NCBI GenBank assembly: GCA_038215615.1
Contig: JBBQQR010000006.1
Span: forward strand, 60,986-124,985
DNA length: 64,000 bases
Direction of reading: 5' to 3'
Origin: Vulcanimicrobiales bacterium
Lineage (GTDB): Bacteria > Vulcanimicrobiota > Vulcanimicrobiia > Vulcanimicrobiales > Vulcanimicrobiaceae
In this document: piece by piece, positions 41,897 through 51,566 of the stretch
Layout of the letters: each line of letters opens with the position of its first letter
How positions within the stretch are numbered: the first letter of the stretch is position 1
Notes under the pieces: model-generated
What the model saw: the letters and a program-made list of their open reading frames with translations, nothing else
What the model was told of the DNA's origin: nothing
Database searches by the model: none
Made by a program: the position numbers and the translations under genes

Positions 41897-42261
41897 TGGC
41901 TGTTTCGTCTCGCGAACAGGGACGCCGCGTTCGTCACACGCGGCTTCGCCAGAAACTTTCGGGCAGTGCGGAACGTCCGCGACTTCTGGTCCGCCGGACG
42001 CTCCATCACATCTATGCAACCGTCGTCGACGATTCGCAAGGCCGCACGCTCGTGGCCGCTTCGACGCGCGAGAAAGATCTGCGCGCAGGTTTGAAGTCGA
42101 CCACCAATCTCGCCGCCGCCGAAAAAATCGGCCAGGCGATCGCGAGCAAGGCGAAAGAGGCCGGCATCACTCAAGTCGTCTTCGATCGCAGCGGATTGAA
42201 GTATCACGGGCGCGTTAAAGCGTTGGCTGACGCGGCGCGCCAAGCCGGATTGGAGTTCTAA
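41896..42261 (+). CDS. rplR: 50S ribosomal protein L18
   Basis: RPRL, VVFDR..YHGRV. Confidence 0.97.
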   Translation: MAVSSREQGRRVRHTRLRQKLSGSAERPRLLVRRTLHHIYATVVDDSQGRTLVAASTREKDLRAGLKSTTNLAAAEKIGQAIASKAKEAGITQVVFDRSGLKYHGRVKALADAARQAGLEF

Positions 42262-42776
42262 TGCAATATCGCAGCGGAGGCCGCGACCGCGACAACAGTG
42301 GGTTCGACGAAACTGTCGTGCGCATCAACCGCGTAGCCAAGGTCGTCAAGGGCGGTAAGCGTTTTAGCTTCAGCGCTCTGGTCGTGGTCGGCGACCGGAA
42401 GGGCAAGGTCGGCTTCGCCATCGGCAAAGCCGGTGAAGTTCCCGAGGCGATCCGTAAAGCCGTCGAAGGCGCCAAAAAGAATTTGATCACCGTCCCGATG
42501 GTGGAGCGAACGATTCCGCATCAGGTCAATCAAAAGATTGGCGCCGCCAGCGTACTCCTGAAACCGGCCGCGCCTGGAACCGGCGTCATTGCCGGCGGTC
42601 CCATGCGCGCGGTGCTGGAGTTAGCCGGCATCCACGACATCGTCACAAAATCACTGGGCAGCAATAATCCGATCAACGTCGTTTATGCGACGATCGAAGG
42701 TTTGCGCTCCCTCAAGACGTTCGAACAGGTTCGCGCTCTGCGCGGCAAACCGTCGAACGGCTCGTCCGCTGCATAG
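42261..42776 (+). CDS. rpsE: 30S ribosomal protein S5
   Basis: [18 protein letters not shown]. Confidence 0.98.
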   Translation: MQYRSGGRDRDNSGFDETVVRINRVAKVVKGGKRFSFSALVVVGDRKGKVGFAIGKAGEVPEAIRKAVEGAKKNLITVPMVERTIPHQVNQKIGAASVLLKPAAPGTGVIAGGPMRAVLELAGIHDIVTKSLGSNNPINVVYATIEGLRSLKTFEQVRALRGKPSNGSSAA

Positions 42777-42784
42777 AGCACGTC

Positions 42785-43411
42785 ATGGCTGAACGCAAAA
42801 AAACATCGACAAAAAAGAAAACTGGTAAAGCGAGCGCTGCCAAAAAAAGCGCACCCGCGAAAACGATCACTGCCAAGGCGCCGCGGACTTCGCACGGTCC
42901 GGCGATCGTCACCGGTCGGGCCCCAGGCATGACGCTCGGATCCGTGCGTCCTGCCAAGGGTAGCCGCCCCAAGCGCACGCGCGTGGGCCGCGGACATGGT
43001 TCGGGCATGGTCAAAACGGGCGGCGAAGGCGGCAAGGGGCAAACCGTTCGTTCGGGTGGCGGCAAAGGTCCGGCATTCGAAGGCGGACAGACTCCCTGGC
43101 AGCGCAGGCTCCCGCATCGCCGTGGCTATTCACAAAAGGCGCGCGACATCGGCCATTTCCGGCAGCGCTACACGGTTGTGAACGTGGGCGAGCTCAGCGA
43201 TTGGGATCCGGCCGTCGAAGTTTCGCCGCAAACGCTGAAGGTTGCCAAGAAAATCAAGGCCATCGGCGACGGCGTGAAAATCCTCGGCGCCAATAAGGGC
43301 GGCAAATCATTGCCCGGCGGCCTACGTTTCCGTGACGTTTTGTTTTCAGGCTCCGCTAAAGAAGCGCTCGAAGCCGCCGGGGCGACGATAGAGAAACTCG
43401 TTGCTGAATAA
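42785..43411 (+). CDS. rplO: 50S ribosomal protein L15 with basic N-terminal extension
   Basis: RVGRGHGSG, FEGGQTP; canonical core starts at ATG 42929. Confidence 0.93.
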   Translation: MAERKKTSTKKKTGKASAAKKSAPAKTITAKAPRTSHGPAIVTGRAPGMTLGSVRPAKGSRPKRTRVGRGHGSGMVKTGGEGGKGQTVRSGGGKGPAFEGGQTPWQRRLPHRRGYSQKARDIGHFRQRYTVVNVGELSDWDPAVEVSPQTLKVAKKIKAIGDGVKILGANKGGKSLPGGLRFRDVLFSGSAKEALEAAGATIEKLVAE

Positions 43412-44699
43412 CCTGCGCGCTGCGCTCCTGGTTCCGGATATCCGGAAGCGGGTGCTATTCGTGCTCGGCGCTTTTGCGCTGTTCGTCTTCATGATTCACG
43501 TTCAAATTCCGGACGTGAACCAGGCGGCTTGGAACCAGTTGCTCCAGGGCGGTGCATTCTATAATCTGCTCGGATTCTTGTCGGGCGGCGCACTGCAGAA
43601 ACTCTCCGTTATTGCCATGGGGATCACTCCCTACATCAACGCGTCCATCATCATGCAATTGATGACCGTCGTGCTGCCGCAGCTCGAAGAGCTCGCCAAA
43701 AAAGGCGGCGAAGAGGGCCGTAAAAAAATCGGACGCTACACGCGCTGGTTAACGATTGTGCTGGGAACGGCTCAGGCTTTCTTCATGGCCAACCTAATGC
43801 ACCAGCGCGGCGTCTTCGTTGACAACAGCATTTGGTTCGAATTGTACGCCGTCGTGGCGATGGTCGCCGGGACGCTTTTCCTCATGTGGCTGGGCGAACA
43901 GATCACCGACAAAGGCATAGGTAACGGCGTTTCGCTGATCATCTTCATCGGCATCGTGTTGCGCTATCCGCAATACGTCGCGCAGACCTACACGTCGACG
44001 ACCAAAGGCGGTGAAAGCATCGCCAACTTGATCATTTACATCGTGATTGCGATCCTCGTGATCGTATCGATCGTCTTTCTGTATCAAGGGCAACGCCGCA
44101 TCCCGGTTCAGCAAGCGCGCCGCGTCGTGGGACGCAAAATGTTTGCCGGACGCTCGACGTACATTCCGCTGCGCTTGAACAACGCGGGCGTGATTTCGAT
44201 TATTTTTGCCATCTCGCTGCTGCTGCTGCCACAGCAGGCGCTCTCGTGGTTCGCTCGCGGGGGGGCCACCACACATACGTTCCTGGGTGCATTCTCGAAT
44301 TGGGTAACGCTGAATTTCAGTCCCAACTCGTGGCTGTACAACCTCGTCTATTTTATTCTGGTCGTCGTCTTCACGTTCTTTTACAGCGCGGTCGTGCTCA
44401 ACACGAAAGATATCGCCGACAACCTGAAAAAGAGCGGGTCGTTCATTCCGGGTATCCGGCCCGGCCAGCCGACCGTTGACTACATCAACCGCATCCTCAT
44501 CAGGATTACGACCGCGGCTGCTATCTATCTCGGATTGCTCGCCGTGCTGCCCGGCATGCTGCAGCGTGGGCTTTCGGTAACGACGTTCTACCTGGGCTCG
44601 ACCTCACTGCTGATCGTCGTCGGCGTGGCGCTCGATACGATCACGCAGATTGAAGCGCGCCTGGCCATGCGCGACTACCGTGGCTTCATTAAGAGATAA
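43401..44699 (+). CDS. secY: Preprotein translocase SecY
   Basis: GITPYINASII, GIGNGVSL, IPGIRPG. Confidence 0.99.
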   Translation: MLNNLRAALLVPDIRKRVLFVLGAFALFVFMIHVQIPDVNQAAWNQLLQGGAFYNLLGFLSGGALQKLSVIAMGITPYINASIIMQLMTVVLPQLEELAKKGGEEGRKKIGRYTRWLTIVLGTAQAFFMANLMHQRGVFVDNSIWFELYAVVAMVAGTLFLMWLGEQITDKGIGNGVSLIIFIGIVLRYPQYVAQTYTSTTKGGESIANLIIYIVIAILVIVSIVFLYQGQRRIPVQQARRVVGRKMFAGRSTYIPLRLNNAGVISIIFAISLLLLPQQALSWFARGGATTHTFLGAFSNWVTLNFSPNSWLYNLVYFILVVVFTFFYSAVVLNTKDIADNLKKSGSFIPGIRPGQPTVDYINRILIRITTAAAIYLGLLAVLPGMLQRGLSVTTFYLGSTSLLIVVGVALDTITQIEARLAMRDYRGFIKR

Positions 44700-45352
44700 T
44701 GCGGCTCATATTCTTGGGGCCGCCGGGAGCGGGCAAAGGAACGCAATCGAAACTGCTCACCAGGCGGTTCGGCGCGCGCCATATTTCGACCGGCGACATC
44801 CTGCGGGAGCATCGCGTGGCGGGCAGCGATCTCGGAAGGCTGGCCGAAGGCTTCATGCGCCACGGCGAACTTGTCCCCGACGAATTGATTCTCAAGATGA
44901 TCGAGGGCGAACTCGAGAAGTCGCCTCGCGGATTCATCATGGACGGTTTCCCGCGCACGGTCGCGCAGGCCGAAGCGTTCGACGCGCTCATGGACGGCCG
45001 TGGGGTTCCCCTTGACGCCGTCGTGCTCTTTGACGTCGATCGCGACACGCTCGTGACTCGGCTCACGTCGCGATGGACGAATCCGAAAACCGGCAAGAGT
45101 TATAACGCGATTACCAATCCGCCGCCCGGACCAGGCATGCTTGACGCCGACGGCACGGAGCTGATTCAGCGCGAGGACGATAAAGCGGAAACCGTGACCA
45201 AGCGCCTCGACGTCTACCGGGAGCAGACCGAACCCCTGGTTGCCTATTATCTGAAATGCGGAAAGCTCGTTAAAGTTGACGGACTGGCGCCGGTAGAAGA
45301 CGTCACAACGCAGATCGTTTCGCTGCTCAGCCCGGAGCTGCAAGCGTCGTGA
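44699..45352 (+). CDS. adk: Adenylate kinase
   Basis: GPPGAGKGT, DGFPR. Confidence 0.98.
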   Translation: MRLIFLGPPGAGKGTQSKLLTRRFGARHISTGDILREHRVAGSDLGRLAEGFMRHGELVPDELILKMIEGELEKSPRGFIMDGFPRTVAQAEAFDALMDGRGVPLDAVVLFDVDRDTLVTRLTSRWTNPKTGKSYNAITNPPPGPGMLDADGTELIQREDDKAETVTKRLDVYREQTEPLVAYYLKCGKLVKVDGLAPVEDVTTQIVSLLSPELQAS

Positions 45353-46152
45353 TTACCCTACGCTCAGGTCGCGAAATCGAAGCGATGCGCCGTAGCGGAA
45401 AGATCACTGCCAAGGTTCTTACGGACCTGATGCAAGCCGCAAAGCCCGGCATGACGACCGCCGACCTCGATGCGCTGGCCGAACAAGGCATTCGCGATCT
45501 CGGCGGCGAGCCGACATTCAAGGGCTATCGTGGCTACCCGGCGTCCGTCTGTACATCGGTCAACGATCGTGTGGTGCACGGTATCCCCGGCGGCGAAACG
45601 CTGCGCGATGGCGATCTGGTCTCGATCGATCTCGGCACGACGCTCGACGGTTACGTCAGCGACAGTGCGGTAACGGTGCCGATCGGCGATGTATCCGCGC
45701 AAGCACGCCGGCTGCTCGAGGTGACGCAGGAATGCTTGATGCTCGGCATCGAGCAGATGCGGATCGGCAACCACGTGGGTGATATCGGGCATGCAGTGCA
45801 GCAGCACGCGGAAGCGAGCGGCTACGGAGTGGTGCGCGTACTCGTGGGCCACGGCGTCGGCACGAGCATGCACGAAGACCCGCAAGTCCCCAATTATGGC
45901 AAGCGGGGCACGGGTGCAAAAATGCGTCCGGGACTGGTCCTGGCCGTCGAGCCGATGATCACCCAGGGGACCCACGAAGTAAAAATTCTCGAAGACGGCT
46001 GGACAGTCGTCACGGCCGATGGTAAACTCGCAGCGCACTTCGAGCACACCATCGCGCTGACGCAGGAGGGTCCGAGGATCCTCACGCTGCGCGAATTCGG
46101 AGAACACGCAGAGGCGGCAAAATATCGTCCTCGCGAGGAAGCCGCGGCTTAA
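45349..46152 (+). CDS. map: Methionine aminopeptidase type I
   Basis: HGIP, GHGVG..MHE, AHFEHT. Confidence 0.98.
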   Translation: MITLRSGREIEAMRRSGKITAKVLTDLMQAAKPGMTTADLDALAEQGIRDLGGEPTFKGYRGYPASVCTSVNDRVVHGIPGGETLRDGDLVSIDLGTTLDGYVSDSAVTVPIGDVSAQARRLLEVTQECLMLGIEQMRIGNHVGDIGHAVQQHAEASGYGVVRVLVGHGVGTSMHEDPQVPNYGKRGTGAKMRPGLVLAVEPMITQGTHEVKILEDGWTVVTADGKLAAHFEHTIALTQEGPRILTLREFGEHAEAAKYRPREEAAA

Positions 46153-46205
46153 GGCGCCCGCGGAAGTCATCACATTAGCAAGAGTCAAGGCCGGAGTATA
46201 TGTAC

Positions 46206-46322
46206 ATGAAAGTCAGACCATCGGTAAAACGGATTTGTGAAAAATGCAAGGTCATTCGGCGCGAGGGCAAAGTCCGCGTGATTTGTGAAGTGAATCCGAA
46301 ACACAAACAGGTGCAGGGTTAG
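46206..46322 (+). CDS. rpmJ: 50S ribosomal protein L36 (not in ORF track)
   Basis: Translated by hand: [38 protein letters not shown]. Confidence 0.97.
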   Translation: MKVRPSVKRICEKCKVIRREGKVRVICEVNPKHKQVQG

Positions 46323-46730
46323 ATGGCACGTATTGCCGGCATCGATCTGCCGCGTGAGAAGCGCATCGAAATCGCACTGACGTATATTTTCGGCATTGGG
46401 CCCAAGACGGCGCAACGCTTGCTCTCGCAAGCCGGCGTCGACCCGAACACGCGCGTTAAAGATCTGAACGAAGAAGGCGAAAAGAAGCTGCGCGACGCTA
46501 TCAGCAGCCTCGAGATAAAAGTTGAAGGCGACCTGCGGCGCGACGTCCAGGGCCACATCAAGCGGTTGATAGACATCGGATGCTACCGCGGCATCCGCCA
46601 CCGGCGCGGCTTGCCGGTGCGCGGACAGCGCACGAAGACCAACGCCCGCACGCGTAAGGGGCCGAAGAAAACGGTCGGCAACCGGAAGAAGCCGGCGCCC
46701 GCAACGGGCGGCGGACCTCCCAAGAAATAA
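46323..46730 (+). CDS. rpsM: 30S ribosomal protein S13
   Basis: [20 protein letters not shown]. Confidence 0.98.
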   Translation: MARIAGIDLPREKRIEIALTYIFGIGPKTAQRLLSQAGVDPNTRVKDLNEEGEKKLRDAISSLEIKVEGDLRRDVQGHIKRLIDIGCYRGIRHRRGLPVRGQRTKTNARTRKGPKKTVGNRKKPAPATGGGPPKK

Positions 46731-46758
46731 ACACAGGGTCCCCGAAATGGGGACCCTT

Positions 46759-47607
46759 GTGATTTACGTCGGTACGTGCGGTTTCTCGTACAAAGATTGG
46801 ATCGGTCCGTTTTATCCCGGAACGATTCGCCCGCAAGAGATGCTGTCGTACTACGCGAGCTGCTTTCCGGCCGTGGAGATCGACTCTTCCTACTACGGCG
46901 TGCCTTCTCCGAAAACGGTCGAACGAATGGACCGGGCCACTCCGCCGGAATTCCGTTTTTGTTTTAAGGTGCCGGCTACGGTCACGCACCCGCCCGATGC
47001 GAACGCAGCGCGGATACATCCCGACGCGGGTCTTTTCGTGCAGAGCGTCGCCCTTATAAAGGAGAGCGGGAAACTTGGGTGCGCGCTGCGGCAGTTCCCC
47101 AACGGCTTCCGCAAGACGGAGGCTGCGGAGAACTATCTGCGGCTGGCAGTCGCGGCACTGCAGCCGCTGCCCCTGGTCGCGGAGTTTCGCAATCGTGAAT
47201 GGCAGGACGCCCGAACTCACCGGCTGCTCTGCGAGCTGGGTGTAGGCTGGTGTAACGTCGACATGCCGCCTTACGAGACGCTGTTGGAACCGAGCTCGGA
47301 CGTCACATCGCCCGTCGGCTACGTCCGCTTTCACGGACGCAATGCCGCGAACTGGTGGACCGGCACGAACGTGACGCGCTACGAGTACGACTACTCGCCT
47401 GAAGAGCTCGAGCCGTGGACCGGTCGCGTCGCCGAAATTCAAGACGCGTCGGATACGGCATTTGCATTTTTCAATAACCACGCGCGCGGAAGCGCCGCGC
47501 GAAATGCCGAGCTCTTTATCGACCTGCTGCGGACAGGCTTCGGCGCCGGCGCCGGCATGATCGCACGCCGGGAAGGTGCTCCGGCGCAACGGACGCTGTT
47601 CGAATGA
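46759..47607 (+). CDS. DUF72 (YecE-like) protein
   Basis: GTCGFSYKDW, VEIDSSYY, EFRN, YVRFHG, FFNNH. Confidence 0.92.
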   Translation: MIYVGTCGFSYKDWIGPFYPGTIRPQEMLSYYASCFPAVEIDSSYYGVPSPKTVERMDRATPPEFRFCFKVPATVTHPPDANAARIHPDAGLFVQSVALIKESGKLGCALRQFPNGFRKTEAAENYLRLAVAALQPLPLVAEFRNREWQDARTHRLLCELGVGWCNVDMPPYETLLEPSSDVTSPVGYVRFHGRNAANWWTGTNVTRYEYDYSPEELEPWTGRVAEIQDASDTAFAFFNNHARGSAARNAELFIDLLRTGFGAGAGMIARREGAPAQRTLFE

Positions 47608-48335
47608 ACGCCGTCATTACGGCGGGCGCTCGCGTTGACGCCGAATTCGCGCAACGCATCGGCACGCCGGTGAAAGCCCTCGCACGCGTCGGAGGCCGCA
47701 CACTGTTGGCGACGAGCATTGATGCGGCTCGCCAGGCCGGCGTTACCCAGCTCGCGGTGGTAGGCGGAAGCGAGGTGCGTGCGGCGTGCGCTCAAAGTGT
47801 CGAGACCGTCATCGAAGAGTCGGAGAGCGGCGCCGTCAATGTACAGCGAGCTTTGCACGCCTGGAGCGACGGCGAGCCCTTGTTATACATGACCAGCGAC
47901 CTGCCGTTCATCGGCGCCGCCGTACTGCGCCGGTTCATTGAGGTTGTCCCGCCCGGTGCGCTCGGGTTGCCGATAACGTCTTGCAGCGACTTCGATCGCC
48001 GATTTCCCGGAGCTCCGCCCTTCGGGATCCAGATCGCGGACGAGCGCGTTGTGAACGGCGGAGTTTTTTGGATTCCGGGCGGCGCAGCCGCGGCAGTAGA
48101 AAGACTCGCGGTGCGGTTTTTTGACGCGCGCAAAAGCCTCGCGCGCATGGCATTGCTCCTTGGACCCGTCCTTTGCGTGCAATTCGCTCTGCGAAGATTG
48201 ACGATCGCCACGTTGGAAAAGCACGCCGGGAGCCGGCTGAATGTTCCCGCCGTAGCGATCCGCAATGCATCGCCGGACCTCGCCTACGACATCGACACTC
48301 TGGATGAATACCTCTACGCGGAAAAACGCGCCTAA
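47604..48335 (+). CDS. Nucleotidyltransferase family protein (MobA-like NTP_transf_3)
   Basis: AVITAG, KAL..VGG, SDLPF, DIDT. Confidence 0.8.
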   Translation: MNAVITAGARVDAEFAQRIGTPVKALARVGGRTLLATSIDAARQAGVTQLAVVGGSEVRAACAQSVETVIEESESGAVNVQRALHAWSDGEPLLYMTSDLPFIGAAVLRRFIEVVPPGALGLPITSCSDFDRRFPGAPPFGIQIADERVVNGGVFWIPGGAAAAVERLAVRFFDARKSLARMALLLGPVLCVQFALRRLTIATLEKHAGSRLNVPAVAIRNASPDLAYDIDTLDEYLYAEKRA

Positions 48336-49497
48336 CGCGGCGCTGCTTGGCGCCTTCTGGCTTGGCATCCAGATGGTGTGGGGCGCCCTTCTTGGGATAT
48401 CGCTGCAATCCAGAAGCGGCGAGTTTTTTCCGCATGACGCGGTGCGCGCTTACAACGAACTTGCGATCTCCGGAGCGTGCGTAGCGGCCGTAACGCAAAT
48501 CGTTGCCGGCATTATCTCAGACCGGCGGCGGAAAAAGGGCAGCCGCAGGCTGGAGTTTTATGCCAGTGGAGCGGTCATCGGCGGAGCGGCGGTGATGTGG
48601 TTTTATCTCGCTCCGAATTTCATGCAACTCGCTGCCGCGCTGCTCGTCTTGCAGCTCGGCCTGAACATAGCTATTGGTCCCTATCAAGCGGCGATTCCGG
48701 ATTTCATGGAAAATGCCGAACTCGGCGGAGCGGCGGCGTGGATGGCGGCGCTGCAGAGTCTGGGAAATGTCGCGGGCGCGCTCGCAGCTTCATTTCTAAA
48801 AAGTGCCGCCGCGGTGGGCGCTGCGGTTGCCGCCGTGCTGATGACGGGCTTTGCGGTGACTGCGGCACACGTGCACACCCTCGAGCCTTTGGCGAAGCCG
48901 GCAGCACCGCTGCGCATCACGCGAATGTTTGCCGATCTGTTTATTTCGCGCGCATTGATGTACGTGGGCTTCTACACGTTGCTCGGCTATCTCTATTTCT
49001 ACGTGGAACAGCTGATGCACGGCGACCCAAAAGCGAGCGTGGGCGAGTTGCTGGTAACGTTTTTGGCCGCAGCGGCAATTGGAGCGGCGGCTGCCGGCCG
49101 CGCTGGGCGTTTCGATCGACGTGCGGTTGCAGCTGCTGGCGGCTGTATGTTCATTGCCGCCCTCATCGCATTCTTGTTTTCAAAAACCGGGGGGGAGCTC
49201 TTCGGCGCGGCACTGCTTGCGGGAGGCGCGTGGGGCGTCTTCTTGACAGCGGACTGGGCACTGGGTTGCGCGCTTTTGCCGCGCGGTTCCCTCGCTACCG
49301 CGATGGGTGTGTGGAATTTGGCCCTGCTCGTCCCGCAAATTCTTGCGCCTTCGATCGTCGGCGTGGTCTTGAGCTCGCTCAATGCGCTGCAGAGTCCCGA
49401 TGCATCGAGGATTGCATTCATTATCGCGTGCATAGAGGTGGCCGCCGGAGTCGCCTGGCTCAGGCGCCTGCCTGGTTCGCAGGCCAAGGGTGCATGA
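48304..49497 (+). CDS. MFS transporter
   Basis: About 12 TM segments; GIISDR motif. Confidence 0.85.
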   Translation: MNTSTRKNAPNAALLGAFWLGIQMVWGALLGISLQSRSGEFFPHDAVRAYNELAISGACVAAVTQIVAGIISDRRRKKGSRRLEFYASGAVIGGAAVMWFYLAPNFMQLAAALLVLQLGLNIAIGPYQAAIPDFMENAELGGAAAWMAALQSLGNVAGALAASFLKSAAAVGAAVAAVLMTGFAVTAAHVHTLEPLAKPAAPLRITRMFADLFISRALMYVGFYTLLGYLYFYVEQLMHGDPKASVGELLVTFLAAAAIGAAAAGRAGRFDRRAVAAAGGCMFIAALIAFLFSKTGGELFGAALLAGGAWGVFLTADWALGCALLPRGSLATAMGVWNLALLVPQILAPSIVGVVLSSLNALQSPDASRIAFIIACIEVAAGVAWLRRLPGSQAKGA

Positions 49498-49536
49498 CTG
49501 GCGGCCAAATGGGAATAACGCCAAGACAGACCAGGG

Positions 49537-49562
49537 GGAACCCCAGTGCGCCCCTGCACGTT
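49537..49562 (+). promoter_or_regulatory. Putative ECF-sigma promoter
   Basis: GGAAC-N17-CGTT about 90 nt upstream of the 49652 start. Confidence 0.45.
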
Positions 49563-49651
49563 AGGCAAGGTGGAGACCGGACCTTCGCCCATACCCAAGG
49601 CAACGCAGCCGACCGGCCTCTATAACTACAAAAATCAAAGGGAGACAAATC

Positions 49652-50998
49652 TTGAATCGACTGAGCACCGGAGCCCTCACCGCGATTTTGTTCGCGGGCT
49701 TGGGCCTCAGCGCGGTAGCCGCTCCGTCGGGCCAGGCATCGCTGGGAAACATCGGACACCAAGCGATCGCACAGGCCGCGCCGGCTCCGCCACCGCCGAT
49801 GCAATTCGGCTCACCGCCATCAGGGCAAATTCCAATCCTCTTCAACGATCATCACGTCTACTCGAGACCCGACGTGTTGAAACAGGGACGCGTCCTTTCC
49901 GCACTCGTGCGTGGAGGAACGATCCTGATCCCATTACGCTCGATGTTCGAGCAGATGGGTGCGACCGTGTCATATGACGCGGGCAGCAAAACGGTCGACG
50001 TGACCAAACCGGGCTCCGACGTCAAAGTGACTGTCGGCGTCCCGCAGGTCGTCATCAACGGCGAAACGCGTCCGCTCGATGTCCCGCCGATGATGTACCA
50101 GGGCCAAATTTTGGTCCCGGTTCGCGTCATCTCCGAAGGCATGGGAGCCTACGTCCAATGGGTGGCTGACAAACGTCTGGTCGTCGTGCGGTACGTAGCC
50201 GCGACGCCTCCTCCTCCGCCGCCGCCGGCAACTCCGGTGCCTTCACCGGCTCCGGTTGCCACGCCGGTTCCCGTTGCGGTTCCTTATCAGGACCACTTCG
50301 TGGCCGGGGACTACATCCTGAGCCCCAAAGTGTATAACGAGTTCAGCCCGGGAAACACCGGCAGCAGCTCGTATGCATTGCGTGGAGCGTTCGAGTTCAA
50401 CTTGATCAACCTGCCGTGGATGATCGAAGGCACCTTCGAAAAATGGCAGTATCCGCATAACGTCGCCGCAAACTTCGGCCCGTCATGCATTGTTGGTCTG
50501 CCCGGAAGCTCGGCCGGAACGCAGGGTTGCGTAACGGTCATCGGCGGCAATGGCCAGGCATACGTGCCGGCATTCACCGCCAACGAGTGGAACGGGGATG
50601 GCCGTCTTGGGCTCAAGATCGCCGATCCGCGCATCTACATCGGCGTGGGTTACATGGTACACACCGGCAACTTCGGATATCCGTCGTTGAACGGTCTCGG
50701 GTACGGGCTGGAGAAACTGCCTGACCTCGACCAAGCGTTCTCGGTCTACGGCAGCGCCTATTACTACCCGAGCGTGACCGGCAAGTACACGGTCCCCAGC
50801 GGACCCCAGTCCGGAACCACGTTCAACCTGGCGTACAGCATCCTGCGGTACCAGGTCGGTGCGACCCTCGGCCTGGGCAAGAGCTTCCCGCTCTTCCTGG
50901 ACCTCGGATTCATCGGCGACCGTGGGAGAAACAAGACCAACGCACCCTCGGATTACACCCACAACGGTGGGTACGTCGGGCTCGGAATCAAGTTCTAG
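49652..50998 (+). CDS. Secreted protein: copper amine oxidase N-terminal (stalk)-like domain, Pro linker and putative outer-membrane beta-barrel
   Basis: Signal peptide; IPLRSMFEQMGA.V.YD and VPVRVISE.MGA.V.W repeats; alternating beta-strands ending GLGIKF; GGGAG RBS. Confidence 0.8.
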   Translation: MNRLSTGALTAILFAGLGLSAVAAPSGQASLGNIGHQAIAQAAPAPPPPMQFGSPPSGQIPILFNDHHVYSRPDVLKQGRVLSALVRGGTILIPLRSMFEQMGATVSYDAGSKTVDVTKPGSDVKVTVGVPQVVINGETRPLDVPPMMYQGQILVPVRVISEGMGAYVQWVADKRLVVVRYVAATPPPPPPPATPVPSPAPVATPVPVAVPYQDHFVAGDYILSPKVYNEFSPGNTGSSSYALRGAFEFNLINLPWMIEGTFEKWQYPHNVAANFGPSCIVGLPGSSAGTQGCVTVIGGNGQAYVPAFTANEWNGDGRLGLKIADPRIYIGVGYMVHTGNFGYPSLNGLGYGLEKLPDLDQAFSVYGSAYYYPSVTGKYTVPSGPQSGTTFNLAYSILRYQVGATLGLGKSFPLFLDLGFIGDRGRNKTNAPSDYTHNGGYVGLGIKF

Positions 50999-51020
50999 CC
51001 TAGGCGTCCGAAAAGGCAAT

Positions 51021-51054
51021 GCGGCCCCGGTCCTTGACCGGGGCCGCCTCTTTT
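51021..51054 (+). terminator. Rho-independent terminator
   Basis: GCGGCCCCGGTC-CTT-GACCGGGGCCGC followed by CTCTTTT. Confidence 0.8.
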
Positions 51055-51063
51055 GGATAGAAT
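51034..51063 (+). promoter_or_regulatory. Putative sigma70 promoter for the rpsK block
   Basis: TTGACC-N18-TAGAAT overlapping the terminator. Confidence 0.55.
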
Positions 51064-51169
51064 CTTGGCTTGGCGCCATCGCCGGGTGCCCGAGGACAGA
51101 TCCGCCCCCTGGCGGGTCGAGGCGACGACACTGCGTTCGCTACAGCAGACAGGATAAACGGAGTCTTTT

Positions 51170-51565
51170 TTGGCCGCAAAAAAACAAACCAAAGCGCGAA
51201 AGAAGCGCGAGTTCAAGAACGTCCAGTCGGGCGTTGCTCACGTTCACGCTTCATTTAATAACACGATCGTCACCATCTCGGACGGATTAGGCAACGTGCT
51301 GGCCTGGGCATCTGCCGGCAACCTGGGATTCAAAGGCTCGAAGAAGTCTACGCCGTTTGCCGCGCAGATGGCGGCTGAAGCCGTCGCGCGTAAAGCGATG
51401 GAACATGGAATGAAATCGACTGAAGTTCTCGTGAGAGGACCGGGAGCCGGACGCGAGGCCGCGATCCGCTCACTGCAAGCCACCGGCCTGGAGATTACGC
51501 TGATAAAAGACGTTACCCCGATTCCGCACAACGGCTGCCGCCCGCCTAAACGGCGGAGAGTCTAA
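51170..51565 (+). CDS. rpsK: 30S ribosomal protein S11
   Basis: [18 protein letters not shown]. Confidence 0.99.
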   Translation: MAAKKQTKARKKREFKNVQSGVAHVHASFNNTIVTISDGLGNVLAWASAGNLGFKGSKKSTPFAAQMAAEAVARKAMEHGMKSTEVLVRGPGAGREAAIRSLQATGLEITLIKDVTPIPHNGCRPPKRRRV

Positions 51566-51566
51566 G

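Noticed and set aside
48477..49625. 382-aa Arg-rich plus-strand ORF
   Set aside because: Alternative frame of the MFS gene
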